From an uncultured Pseudomonadota bacterium (lineage in GTDB: Bacteria; Pseudomonadota; Alphaproteobacteria; Rs-D84), in assembly GCA_947165335.1 (NCBI GenBank), contig CAMVAB010000001.1, positions 1-59,004 on the forward strand: 59,004 nucleotides of DNA, read 5' to 3'. The translations under genes were made by a program, and so were the position numbers. Positions 21,492 to 31,492 of this stretch are shown piece by piece. Below the pieces are notes generated by a model. The model was not told the DNA's origin. It saw only the letters and a list, made by a program, of their open reading frames with translations, and did no database searches. Position 1 is the first letter of the stretch; every line of letters begins with the position of its first letter.

Positions 21492-22715
21492 TTATATTGA
21501 CATTTCTTCACGTGCCATTTGTGCAATCGGCGCAATATATTTTAATTCTGCATCACTGTGCAAAGATATATTATCTATTAACCCACGACGCGATAAAATT
21601 TGAAGTCCGCGTTCACACAAAGGTCTTATAAATTCATGCAACAAACGACCGTATGTGGCCCCCAGTATGCGAACCATATCTGCATTACGTGCTAAAATTT
21701 CCGTAGCAGTCATTTCTTTATCTGAAAGCAAACCTAATCTATCTGCCAATAAAGTATGTCTGATTCTGTCGCGTAAATCACGCAACACAATTTGAGAAAC
21801 ATCAAAATCGGCACCACTGGACAAAGGCGTCAACCCAGAACTGCCAACTGCTTTTGGAATAATAGCACCCGGTGTTAAATTGATATTTGACAGGTTTATA
21901 ACACCATCGTCATCTGCTTGCCAAATACCGCTTACTGCGATAGTCGCATTTTTCAAAACTAATTCGACAACTTTGTTCGCTGTTTTTATATCAGGCAAAG
22001 CGCGCAATACAGGACCGCGTCCATATTGTTCACCACTAATCAGCGACCAACGGAAAATTATGTACGGATTCGTTTCAAATGTTCCACGTGCAACAATATT
22101 GTTTTCAATATCGCCACCGATATCAAGCCACGCCGTAAAATCTTGACCTATTAAAGATTGCACTAAACGTATCGGTGTTTGTGGATTATCTTTAATCATA
22201 TTTTTAACATTTTTCGGCAATGTTACATTTGGATACCTGTCTTCTATTTCACCAACAGGCAAAGATGTAGTATGAAATACGGCTCCTGGCAAAATCGCAA
22301 TATCTGTCATAGGAATAGCAGTGAACGAAAATGCTGAATCAGCACCAATTGGGTTTTCTGCCATAAATAAACACGCAGTTCCAAGAACAACTAAATCAAT
22401 ATAACACTGGTGAACAGTCGTATAAAAATTAGAATCATTCAAATGTGCTCGCAACATTGCTGTTGCAACTTCAGCATTTGGCGACAAATCGCTTTCACGC
22501 ACCAAATTTATCCATAATGATTCTGGCGGTGTTAATAACGAATACATAGATGCTGCCAAATTATCCACTGCATCTGATGCGGTTGCATCAAAAAGAGTAG
22601 CAACATCTGCATCATCTGTGGGAATAGTATAACGCATCGCTGATTTCCAACGCGACAACCATATTTCCCTTTCATCTATTGCGCGTTTATATAATTGCAT
22701 AAGATTTTTTTGCAT
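21492..22715 (-). CDS. Phage portal (head-to-tail connector, podovirus type)
   Basis: 407 aa, immediately downstream of the terminase nuclease half. N-terminal pattern resembles T7 gp8-type connectors. Confidence 0.65.
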   Translation of the reverse strand: MQKNLMQLYKRAIDEREIWLSRWKSAMRYTIPTDDADVATLFDATASDAVDNLAASMYSLLTPPESLWINLVRESDLSPNAEVATAMLRAHLNDSNFYTTVHQCYIDLVVLGTACLFMAENPIGADSAFSFTAIPMTDIAILPGAVFHTTSLPVGEIEDRYPNVTLPKNVKNMIKDNPQTPIRLVQSLIGQDFTAWLDIGGDIENNIVARGTFETNPYIIFRWSLISGEQYGRGPVLRALPDIKTANKVVELVLKNATIAVSGIWQADDDGVINLSNINLTPGAIIPKAVGSSGLTPLSSGADFDVSQIVLRDLRDRIRHTLLADRLGLLSDKEMTATEILARNADMVRILGATYGRLLHEFIRPLCERGLQILSRRGLIDNISLHSDAELKYIAPIAQMAREEMSI

Positions 22716-22734
22716 CTTTTTTTCCTTTTGTTTT

Positions 22735-23583
22735 TTATATTTTAAAATCTGTGTTTGCTTTAATTATTTTTGAACATGTGTTTAATGCATGCACCGGACA
22801 AGGCATCATTGTTAATGCACTCGAAACAGCATCCAATCCATCATCATGTTCGACAGATCCTATTGGCGACCATGCTAACATTTCAGACAACAACATTGTT
22901 TGTTTGATTTTATTACGCATATAAAGTCGCCCTGTTGTTAAAATTGGTTCAATTGCATTTAATATTCTGGTTTCTTTTTTTGTATGATTTGAAATTGGCA
23001 AGATATTTATCAAAAATTGTTTTTCTTTGGCTACATTTCGCATAATTTCAGGTAAAGCATTACCGATGCCATTTATTTCTATACCTATTCTTGATAATCT
23101 GTGTTTTTGCATAAAATCAAGAACAGCACCACATTGTGTCGCAAGAGGATGGACATCATCATCTGAAACATTCATATACACAATATCATGTACAAAAAAG
23201 TTTCTGTTTTTATCATCTCTGTAAACCAAAACGCATACGCTGCCATCTGAATTTGCGTGTCCAGAAGAAGGATCCCAATAACATGTATAACCTGTAATGA
23301 CATTATCGCCGATTCGAACATCGTGATAGTCAAAAACATCTTCATAAAAATGTACAGCCCCAGGATCCAAATGTACACGCTCGTCTGGGACATATTCCAG
23401 CATCATCTGGGCAGAAAAATGCCTGGGGCCTACAACCTCTTCTAATTCATGGACTTTTTCCAACGGAAACATCTCTGGCCATGCCGGATTTCCGGCACTA
23501 TCCACTATTGGTATTTTTAAATATTTATACCCCTTTAAAAAAGGTATTGAATTCTGAAAATTTTCGTTTAATCTAATGGACAT
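22735..23583 (-). CDS. Terminase large subunit, C-terminal nuclease half (separate ORF)
   Basis: Starts MSIRLNE at 23583. Has the RNase H-like CYWDPSSGHANSDGS motif. The first 25 aa of the ORF-track call overlap dnaB and are probably not translated. Confidence 0.7.
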   Translation of the reverse strand: MSIRLNENFQNSIPFLKGYKYLKIPIVDSAGNPAWPEMFPLEKVHELEEVVGPRHFSAQMMLEYVPDERVHLDPGAVHFYEDVFDYHDVRIGDNVITGYTCYWDPSSGHANSDGSVCVLVYRDDKNRNFFVHDIVYMNVSDDDVHPLATQCGAVLDFMQKHRLSRIGIEINGIGNALPEIMRNVAKEKQFLINILPISNHTKKETRILNAIEPILTTGRLYMRNKIKQTMLLSEMLAWSPIGSVEHDDGLDAVSSALTMMPCPVHALNTCSKIIKANTDFKI

Positions 23584-25126
23584 GGACTTTACTCCGAAAA
23601 CTTTACCTACGAATTTAGAAGCCGAACAAGCGGTTCTTGCAGCGGTGCTTATGAACAACCGCGCTTTGGAATCTGTGTCTGATTTCTTATTGCCAGAACA
23701 TTTTTCACATCCGGCTCATCAGGAAATCTATAAATTGGCTATGCGTCAATTTAGTGTTGGTATCCCTTTTGATATAATCACTGCAAAAACATATCTTGAA
23801 CAACAGGGGACACTTGAAAGTGTCGGCGGGGTTGAATATTTAACAAAATTGGCTTCTGCTGGATCAACAGTTGTAAATGTTGAACATTATGGTCGTATTG
23901 TTTTTGATAACGCTCGTCGTCGTGATTTGATAAATCTTGGACAATCTATTATTGACGATGCCTATACCGAAGATTTAGACAAAGATGTTAACACCCAAAT
24001 CGAATCTGCTGAACAAAAATTGTTTAATTTAGCATCAACTGGCGAATCTGAACATAACACTGCAACTTTGGCAGATGCTTTAAGTGCGGCACTTAAAGAG
24101 GCCGAAACAGCGTACAAAGCAGATGGAAAAATATCTGGTTTGACAACTGGTTTAGACGATTTAGACAAATCTATTGCTGGTTTACATCGTTCCGATTTAA
24201 TCATCATTGCAGGACGTCCTGGTATGGGTAAAACAACATTGGCAATGAATATCGCATTCAATGCCGCAAATGCTATTTTAAACGGTCGTGCAAACAGCCA
24301 ATTCAAAGGCGCAGTTGCATTTTTTAGTCTTGAAATGTCGCAATCTCAATTGGCATCTCGTGTGTTATCTTCTCAATCAAAAATACCTTCGTCCCGCATG
24401 CGTGAAGGTACATTATCAGACGAAGATTTCACAAAAATGACACAATATGCGGACGCTTTGTCTAAGGTTCCTGTTATAATTGACGATACAGCTAATATGT
24501 CTGTTCCTGCGATAAAAACACGTGCTCGTCGTATTGCGCGTCAACATGGTGGCATTGCTTTAATTGTTATCGACTATTTACAATTGATGACTTCACCTGG
24601 GGGGAAACACAACGATAACCGTGTCCAAGAATTATCTGAAATCACTCGTGGATTAAAGATGCTGGCCAAAGACTTAGATGTGCCTGTTATCGCATTGTCC
24701 CAATTATCGCGTAAAGTAGAAGATCGCGATGACAAAAGACCTATATTATCCGATTTGCGTGAATCTGGTTCTATTGAACAAGATGCGGATATTGTTATGT
24801 TTACATACCGCGAAGAATATTATCTGGACGGACGTTCACCAGAAAAACGTTTATCAGGCTTGGCATCTGAAAACGCACAACAGCATTGGCAAAACCGCCT
24901 TGACCGTTCAAGAAACAAAGCAGATGTTATTATTGCTAAAAACCGTCATGGAAAAACAGAAACCATACACCTAAGCTTTAATGGTGAATATTCATTGTTC
25001 GATAATTTGAACGAATTCACAAAAAATGTTCCTGATTCTGATTTTGATGTTCCTTTTGTATCATCGACTGACATGGACACTCAAAATATTTCCGATGTAA
25101 ACGATATTCCTGACGATATCATTTAA
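23576..25126 (+). CDS. dnaB: Replicative DNA helicase DnaB
   Basis: N-terminal LPTNLEAEQAVLAAVL and Walker A GRPGMGKT. RecA-like C-domain plus an acidic tail of roughly 40 aa. Confidence 0.9.
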   Translation: MDMDFTPKTLPTNLEAEQAVLAAVLMNNRALESVSDFLLPEHFSHPAHQEIYKLAMRQFSVGIPFDIITAKTYLEQQGTLESVGGVEYLTKLASAGSTVVNVEHYGRIVFDNARRRDLINLGQSIIDDAYTEDLDKDVNTQIESAEQKLFNLASTGESEHNTATLADALSAALKEAETAYKADGKISGLTTGLDDLDKSIAGLHRSDLIIIAGRPGMGKTTLAMNIAFNAANAILNGRANSQFKGAVAFFSLEMSQSQLASRVLSSQSKIPSSRMREGTLSDEDFTKMTQYADALSKVPVIIDDTANMSVPAIKTRARRIARQHGGIALIVIDYLQLMTSPGGKHNDNRVQELSEITRGLKMLAKDLDVPVIALSQLSRKVEDRDDKRPILSDLRESGSIEQDADIVMFTYREEYYLDGRSPEKRLSGLASENAQQHWQNRLDRSRNKADVIIAKNRHGKTETIHLSFNGEYSLFDNLNEFTKNVPDSDFDVPFVSSTDMDTQNISDVNDIPDDII

Positions 25127-25133
25127 ATTTTTC

Positions 25134-25170
25134 TTGCCAAAGCCATAAAAATTGACTAATATTTTGTCAA
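25134..25170 (+). promoter_or_regulatory. Putative promoter with overlapping inverted repeat (operator) of the XRE gene
   Basis: TTGCCA, 17 nt, TAATAT. The inverted repeat TTGAC-N9-GTCAA overlaps the -10 box. Confidence 0.45.
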
Positions 25171-25191
25171 CATATCTCTAAGGAGTCATAA

Positions 25192-26199
25192 ATGGCACAA
25201 GAAGAAATCATTTTTCCAAATAATATTCGCAACATTCGTGCAGCCAAAGGCTTGAAAATGACCGAATTAGCAAAACGCGCAAATTTGTCTTTGTCTGCTG
25301 TTTCAAAAATTGAAAAAGGCGTTCGTCGTTTAAATCAAAAACAACTTTTGAATGTTTGCACTATATTGGGTTGCAAATTATCTGATATCTTTATTCATGA
25401 ATCAGATGCAGTTGCACAAAATTGGCAAAATGAAATCAAACGCCGTTTAACAGACAACGAAGGCAGTGGTCTTAAAATTTTCGGCAGTGGTTTACGCAAA
25501 ATCCGTCAACGTGCTGAAAAAACCATCGCAGAAGCTGCAAAAGCTTCAAAAATGACACTGTCTGTATATCATAAAATAGAAGTCGGTCAACGCGAAGTAT
25601 ACGAAAATGAAATCGATGTTTTGGCCAAAGCTTTTGGATATACAGCCACGCAACTTTTTGATGAAATTGCTAAACTTTACAGTACCGGTGAATTAACAAA
25701 ACAAATTAACAAAGTTAAAGAACGCGTTAAATCTGTATTGGAACCTGTAAATCCAATATCTGGTTTAGATATTCGTGATGGATTATACGGCGCACAATTA
25801 TACGATAATGCACGTAAAAAATTGGTTCCTGTATTTGGTAAACCAAATGGCAAAGCAATCAAATTGAAAAAATCAGATGAAACCATGATTGTTGCACCAA
25901 CAGCACTCGAAGGCCGCAATGGTATTTACGCAGTTATTCCAAATTCGAAACGTTTGGCTGGTTTTATCCCTGAAACTTCATATGTTTTTGCTGATGCTAA
26001 TACAAAACCAAAGGTTGGTGATTTGGCAGTTTGCATAGATGCAGATTTTTCAAAATTAGATTCTGAAGAAATTGTTGACGCACAAATTGTCGTTGTTCGC
26101 CAAGACACACATGGTAAAACATACGGTCATATATCTAATCCAGAAGAAAAAGTTTCTGGCAAAACAATGCATAAAATCGTTATGATTGTTATGCAATAA
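25192..26199 (+). CDS. Transcriptional regulator with two XRE-type HTH domains and a C-terminal beta-rich domain
   Basis: Two HTH_3-like segments (IRNIRAAKGLKMTELAKRANLS... and LRKIRQRAEKTIAEAAKASKMT...). The C-terminus is vaguely S24/LexA-like but has no clear Ser/Lys dyad. Confidence 0.7.
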   Translation: MAQEEIIFPNNIRNIRAAKGLKMTELAKRANLSLSAVSKIEKGVRRLNQKQLLNVCTILGCKLSDIFIHESDAVAQNWQNEIKRRLTDNEGSGLKIFGSGLRKIRQRAEKTIAEAAKASKMTLSVYHKIEVGQREVYENEIDVLAKAFGYTATQLFDEIAKLYSTGELTKQINKVKERVKSVLEPVNPISGLDIRDGLYGAQLYDNARKKLVPVFGKPNGKAIKLKKSDETMIVAPTALEGRNGIYAVIPNSKRLAGFIPETSYVFADANTKPKVGDLAVCIDADFSKLDSEEIVDAQIVVVRQDTHGKTYGHISNPEEKVSGKTMHKIVMIVMQ

Positions 26200-26228
26200 A
26201 ACGCATATTAACAACGGAGAGAGAACAT

Positions 26229-26870
26229 ATGCCACAACAAGCACACATAATAGCACAAAGATTATTGAATCTTTATCGCCAAGAGCATGTTATAGATGGT
26301 GGTTGGGCCGCTGTTAACAAGGTTTTTATCCAAGAATCTAATGATTCAAAAGTCATCAGCGAACTCGAATTGTTGCCTACTGGTAAACGGTTAATTGCAC
26401 ATATAAATAATTTACGCAGCGGAAAAACACCTATGGATTCTATTGATAAAGATTTGCTGCCATATGGTGGTACCATGTCAGGCCAAGATGTTATATTTAA
26501 TTTATCAGATGAAGATAAATCAGAATTAAAATCTGCGTTGAATGATTTTCAACCAACACCCGAAGGATTAGAAAAAATCAAAACAATACCTGTCGTAAAA
26601 AAATTCGGCAACGATTGGATCGAAGATATAAAATCTTCCATTGCATCTGATCGAGAAATGCTTGAAAAATGGAAAGCTGTCGCAAAAACAGATAAAGCAT
26701 ATCGCCTTTGGGATTCTGCTAACCAATTATTATCAGAAACTTTGACAGAACGCAATCGTGCTCAAATCCAAGCAGACATGCCTGAATATGAAACATATTT
26801 ACCAATGTTTGGCGAAGCGGGCGAATCAGTTTTACTTAAATTGCGCACATTTGTATCATCACTTTCATAG
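26229..26870 (+). CDS. Hypothetical protein (213 aa)
   Basis: Intact ORF with a GGAGAGAGA RBS. No recognisable motif. Confidence 0.45.
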   Translation: MPQQAHIIAQRLLNLYRQEHVIDGGWAAVNKVFIQESNDSKVISELELLPTGKRLIAHINNLRSGKTPMDSIDKDLLPYGGTMSGQDVIFNLSDEDKSELKSALNDFQPTPEGLEKIKTIPVVKKFGNDWIEDIKSSIASDREMLEKWKAVAKTDKAYRLWDSANQLLSETLTERNRAQIQADMPEYETYLPMFGEAGESVLLKLRTFVSSLS

Positions 26871-26873
26871 AAA

Positions 26874-27473
26874 TCATTCTGTTTTATATATCGTATCCTG
26901 CGTATGCGGTGTCCCAATATAAATCATTGTTCCATGTGGTGATAAAATAAAATCTAGTTCTCGTAATCTTTCCCGTAAATTGATTCGTTTTTGTTGTGTA
27001 TTACATGTATTCGGCACTTCTACGTCATCACAAATTATCAAATCAGAGCGTAAACCGGTAATATTTCCCGATATTCCCTGACAAATAACAGACGGTTCTC
27101 GAATTCCGATTGGACGTTTAATAGTAATCTTATGGGACCCCCACTCTTTTTTTACATCAGGCAAAATATCGCTGCACCAGGGATGATTTTCTAAAATATT
27201 TTTTATATGCGAAACCATTCGTGATGCTAAACCTGTTTCGGCAGATAAAATCAGTATTCGTGTTTGGGGTTTATAATACAAAACGCACGCAGCAAAAACA
27301 CCTACTACCGTTGATTTACCTGAATGTCGGAAAGCGTTTAATAATCCCCTGTGTGGTTCATTGTTAAAAACATCTATTAAAAATTTCATTATTTGTTCAT
27401 GATGTTTTGGCGTTTTAAATCCCAACACTTTATTCCATTCGTACAAAAAAGATAACGCATCTGAAGCATTCAT
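26874..27473 (-). CDS. Terminase large subunit, N-terminal ATPase half (separate ORF)
   Basis: Walker A FRHSGKST and Walker B LIICDDVE. Ends ...GTPHTQDTIYKTE followed by a stop. Confidence 0.7.
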   Translation of the reverse strand: MNASDALSFLYEWNKVLGFKTPKHHEQIMKFLIDVFNNEPHRGLLNAFRHSGKSTVVGVFAACVLYYKPQTRILILSAETGLASRMVSHIKNILENHPWCSDILPDVKKEWGSHKITIKRPIGIREPSVICQGISGNITGLRSDLIICDDVEVPNTCNTQQKRINLRERLRELDFILSPHGTMIYIGTPHTQDTIYKTE

Positions 27474-27487
27474 TGTCTTTAAATTAT

Positions 27488-27838
27488 TTATCCGGCTATT
27501 TTATCTATGTTTGACAACCAATTTTTAACCAGATTTGGTTTTTTTACTTTTTTTGTTTTTTTGATTTTTTCTAAATTATCTTCTCGTTTTTCATCGTATG
27601 GTTTCGAAGTTTCAGAACGCAATCTTTTTAAAACCGCTTCTTCTGATAAACTGTCGCCTTTGTTTCCCGATGCGCCATATTTAGCGCGTTGCTCGGATAA
27701 AACTTTTTTTATCAAATTGGTTTTTGTTTCTTCGTCTTGCGCCATTTGTGATAATATTTTTTGCCGTTCTGTTTCTGCTGACTTTTTTGATTCTTTATAT
27801 TCTAAAACTTTGGTTACATCTGATACTAGTTGTCCCAT
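27488..27838 (-). CDS. Lys/Glu-rich small phage protein (function unknown)
   Basis: 116-aa charged helical protein located between the tail-tube and terminase genes. Confidence 0.4.
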   Translation of the reverse strand: MGQLVSDVTKVLEYKESKKSAETERQKILSQMAQDEETKTNLIKKVLSEQRAKYGASGNKGDSLSEEAVLKRLRSETSKPYDEKREDNLEKIKKTKKVKKPNLVKNWLSNIDKIAG

Positions 27839-27855
27839 AAAAAACTCCTTTCATT

Positions 27856-29568
27856 TTATATTAAATACCAGCCATCTGTCGTTACAGACAATATGGTCGC
27901 TGGCAATTGTTCATCACTTGATACAGACCACAAAGGTTGCATGACATCAAAATGAATTCCTAATAAATTTATAGATAAATCACCGGTATACCCGCTGTTG
28001 CTTATATCATAATTATCATTTGGTATCACTACACGATTTCCATTTACAAAAACAGTCTTGGTATCTTTCAATCGCAAAGATATTTTATGCGTCCTTATTT
28101 TTCGTGGTGGATGATTATTAACAATCATAGGTAACGCCGATACACAATACGAAAAATCGAATGTTGTTGCGTCTTGCAAACAACTTGAATCAAATTTTTC
28201 TAGATAACATGTATTTTCACGCTTTACTATTACATAAGTTGAATCGCCTAAAACCGCTACATACTTAAAAGAACCATCTGTTTTATATGTGCCCCATGCT
28301 GCAATTTCTGTGTTAGCGTATTTATTCAACACAGCCATATATCCGTCAGACATAACAACATATAAACGATGTTCTGTTGAATTATATGCGATACTGATTG
28401 GATTATCCATCATATGTTTCGCATAACAACATAAATCTGTTGCATTATAAGTTTGATTCAATACATCCATATCTAATTCACGAATATCTTTACCTGATTT
28501 TGATATGAAAACTGTTGATCCTTCTATTTGCTGTGGTGGTAAATATCTTGTAACAACACTTCCAACTGAAGTATGCTGTTTAATATTTACGTTTGATGGT
28601 GTCAAAGGCGTATTTGAAATCGCCCATTCACCAACAGATGTTAATATTTGTAAATTATCACTACTAATAACAGTAGAAATTTGATGATGTTGCGCAGACA
28701 ACAATGATACAAATATAGCTTCATCGTCTAAACCTGTCCCGACATCAAAATTATTGTATTGGCTTGTCTTGGATAACCAAACGCTGTTCGGCAAAGATGT
28801 TGTTCCACCAAAAACAAGTCGGTTTTGATGAAAAGATACAGATATCGGCCAACCGCGTTTATTACTGAAAGAGGCTTCTTTCCAATCTTTTAATGGTTGT
28901 GCCGGCAAAGTATACGGAGAATAAGTATATACTGTCGCCACTCGAGAAGTTTGAACAGATTCAACAATCCATTGTTTATTATCCACAAACAATCTGATGC
29001 CTACCCAATCTATAGACCACATATCCTGATCTGTTGTAAATGTGGCATGATTATTATCGATACTACTTGTAGTAATTGTAATTGTGATATTTTCTGTATC
29101 ATTAAACCGCGAAAACGGTATATTTATACTAGAATCTTGGTTTGCATAAAAAGAAAAATTCGTTAATGAAAAATCAGTATCCGTCTTTGTTAGTACCCGC
29201 GGTTGATAATCAGGATGCACAAAAAATAAAGAATTGAATCTCTGGGCATATTGTAAATTTTTTAAATCTGTTGTTTCCCATGGTGCTATCAAAGTTTTTA
29301 TTTTTACATCATTTTGATATACAGATATCGCCTGTCGCGAGATAACCAACAAATACTTTTCTGATTCACTGATTATAAAAGGTACCAGTATTGCATTATT
29401 TGACACCGCTTCTATGCTTTTTAATCCATTTCTGCGTTTTAATGCCCCAGATTGTAAAACGTTCATATTTTCAAGTTTAGAAACCCCATGCATATTATTT
29501 ATTGCATAAAAATCTGGGGCTACTTCACCACAAGAAAAAATATTTTGGGTTTGAAGAAAATTTCCCAT
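27856..29568 (-). CDS. Tail tubular protein B-like (T7 gp12-like nozzle)
   Basis: 570 aa, follows the gp11-like gene. N-terminal pattern (...LQSGALKRRNGLKSI...) resembles gp12. Confidence 0.5.
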   Translation of the reverse strand: MGNFLQTQNIFSCGEVAPDFYAINNMHGVSKLENMNVLQSGALKRRNGLKSIEAVSNNAILVPFIISESEKYLLVISRQAISVYQNDVKIKTLIAPWETTDLKNLQYAQRFNSLFFVHPDYQPRVLTKTDTDFSLTNFSFYANQDSSINIPFSRFNDTENITITITTSSIDNNHATFTTDQDMWSIDWVGIRLFVDNKQWIVESVQTSRVATVYTYSPYTLPAQPLKDWKEASFSNKRGWPISVSFHQNRLVFGGTTSLPNSVWLSKTSQYNNFDVGTGLDDEAIFVSLLSAQHHQISTVISSDNLQILTSVGEWAISNTPLTPSNVNIKQHTSVGSVVTRYLPPQQIEGSTVFISKSGKDIRELDMDVLNQTYNATDLCCYAKHMMDNPISIAYNSTEHRLYVVMSDGYMAVLNKYANTEIAAWGTYKTDGSFKYVAVLGDSTYVIVKRENTCYLEKFDSSCLQDATTFDFSYCVSALPMIVNNHPPRKIRTHKISLRLKDTKTVFVNGNRVVIPNDNYDISNSGYTGDLSINLLGIHFDVMQPLWSVSSDEQLPATILSVTTDGWYLI

Positions 29569-29583
29569 GATGAAATCCTTTGG

Positions 29584-30117
29584 TTAAAATCTTGAATTTA
29601 TTAAAGAGAATTTATCTATGTTTGATTGATTCGTTGAAGTGGTACTATCTATGAATTTTGCTGATTGGTATTCGGATTCATATAGCGCACTTATCATTCT
29701 AAACACGTTTGAATCACCAAGCAATGGTATACAAAATTCAACTGCTAACTTGGTAGCAACCAAAGAAGCAAAATAATTTGGAAAATCTTCGGGTTCGCTC
29801 TTTACAATTGCCAATATTTCTATTGTTTCCCCTGATGTATCTATTTTATTACCCATTATCTGTCCTTCGCTTTTCAAAACACGTAAAACATTTTCCGGAA
29901 TAACAAAATCACCATCAGTATTTCTGATTAAAACTATTTTTTTTGTTGCGAATCGCCATGGAAACATTGCCAACAAAGTATCGACAGTAGAATCAAACAA
30001 AGTTCTTGATAATTGTGCAGCAACTGTATCTTCATGCCAGGATTGTATAGGTTTTTCGCCTAATTTCAGCAAAGCCATTGAACATAAATCTATTTTCGTA
30101 AACATATTGAAATCCAT
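29584..30117 (-). CDS. Tail tubular protein A-like (T7 gp11-like adaptor)
   Basis: N-terminus ...LCSMALLKLGEKPIQSWHEDTVAA...FPWRFA mirrors T7 gp11 (...NDILASIGEPPVSTLEGD...GWTFN). Confidence 0.55.
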   Translation of the reverse strand: MDFNMFTKIDLCSMALLKLGEKPIQSWHEDTVAAQLSRTLFDSTVDTLLAMFPWRFATKKIVLIRNTDGDFVIPENVLRVLKSEGQIMGNKIDTSGETIEILAIVKSEPEDFPNYFASLVATKLAVEFCIPLLGDSNVFRMISALYESEYQSAKFIDSTTSTNQSNIDKFSLINSRF

Positions 30118-30125
30118 TTCTTAAA

Positions 30126-30152
30126 AAACGGGCCGATAAATATCGGCCCGTT
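30126..30152 (-). terminator. Rho-independent terminator after the capsid and 76-aa genes
   Basis: Hairpin aacgggccgata-N3-tatcggcccgtt followed by a T-run on the minus strand. Confidence 0.75.
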
Positions 30153-30172
30153 ATATATAAATAAAAACATTA

Positions 30173-30403
30173 CTATGAAAGCGCGCCTACACTTACAACG
30201 CCATCTGCTACTGTGATAACTTTGATAGTAGATCCATTTGAACCGTTAATCAAAATAATATCACCTGTGCTCATCAACGTTTTAACACTTGAGAAATACC
30301 CCGAAGTAGTTAATGCAGACAATGTTTCGTTTGCTTTGTAATGCCACAATGTAAATCCGTTTGCATACGCAATTACAGATAAATTTTTATTTTGAAATGC
30401 CAT
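30173..30403 (-). CDS. Small beta-rich virion protein (possible head decoration/spike base)
   Basis: 76-aa ORF directly downstream of the capsid gene. Confidence 0.4.
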   Translation of the reverse strand: MAFQNKNLSVIAYANGFTLWHYKANETLSALTTSGYFSSVKTLMSTGDIILINGSNGSTIKVITVADGVVSVGALS

Positions 30404-30426
30404 ATGATATTCCTTTTGGTTATATT

Positions 30427-31254
30427 TTATGCAGCATCGTCATCGCATTTAATGCGAACAATACCTTCATCGTCGATTAACACAGCGCCTTGGGACATAC
30501 TGTTGCTGATAAAGTGCGCAGCACGTTCACCATGCCATGTGATATCAGTTTTAACTTCTTGACCACATGCATGACCAATACTTGATGCATGATAAATAAA
30601 GCAATCACGATCATCTGTGCTTGCCAATGGCAAAGAATTGCACAAGATCCAATTAACGCCTAACCATCTTCTTGATTCGCAACCGTCAACTAATGGTGTT
30701 GCACTGCCAACATAATCAGCAGAAACAAATTCATCCAAAGCCAACAATTCATTCCATTGGTGAACACCAACAACTGCGAATCTACGACCATCATCTGGAA
30801 CATCATTTTGATTTAATTTTTCCAATGCAGCCATAATCAAGGCTTTTGTTAATCCAGTAGAATAATCACCAACATATTGTGTTGCATTGTTCATAGCAGA
30901 AATAATCAGTTCATCTGTCTTGCGACCCAAAGCGTAAGCGCCAGCAGAAGCAACTACACGACGTTCATCAACGTTAGTTTTTAATTCATCCAACGAATCA
31001 ACCCAATCACCTGCATAGTAATCTTGCAATACACATTCAACTGGTGTGTGATTTAAATTCATCACTGGAACAATACCATGACGAGATTTTGTACTGGCAA
31101 TACCTTTGCCAACTTTTTGGAAAGTTGTTGAAGCGCCTACAACACCAGATTTGCTGCGAATAGTAGAGCGCAATTTTGTGCCCATTTGCTGATAAGCTAA
31201 ATGAACATCTGCTTCAAATTGTTTTATAAACACTTGATCTACAGAAAGAGACAT
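30427..31254 (-). CDS. Major capsid protein (podovirus-type)
   Basis: 275 aa, positioned between the scaffold and tail-tube genes, and followed by a strong terminator. Family recall is only moderate. Confidence 0.6.
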   Translation of the reverse strand: MSLSVDQVFIKQFEADVHLAYQQMGTKLRSTIRSKSGVVGASTTFQKVGKGIASTKSRHGIVPVMNLNHTPVECVLQDYYAGDWVDSLDELKTNVDERRVVASAGAYALGRKTDELIISAMNNATQYVGDYSTGLTKALIMAALEKLNQNDVPDDGRRFAVVGVHQWNELLALDEFVSADYVGSATPLVDGCESRRWLGVNWILCNSLPLASTDDRDCFIYHASSIGHACGQEVKTDITWHGERAAHFISNSMSQGAVLIDDEGIVRIKCDDDAA

Positions 31255-31492
31255 ATAAAATCCTTTTTGTTTTAATTAAAAAATGCCCGAACGGGCACGA
31301 CACAATTTTGATTTATGGTTATGCAAAATAATTTGCGCCAAAAAAACAAAACAAAATACTGGTCCACAAAATGGATTGTCCAATAAATAATACAGTGAGA
31401 CTTTGCAATCGCACTGTAAAATTTATCAAAAAAATCCCCAGAATCTAAAGATTCTGGGGACAATAAAAACCACGCAAAAACGCGTGAAATTC

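Noticed and set aside
23584-23658. N-terminal 25 aa of the ORF-track call 22735-23658
   Set aside because: This stretch overlaps the 5' end of dnaB on the other strand. The internal Met (MSIRLNE) at 23583 gives a tidy head-to-head junction, so the extension is probably not translated.
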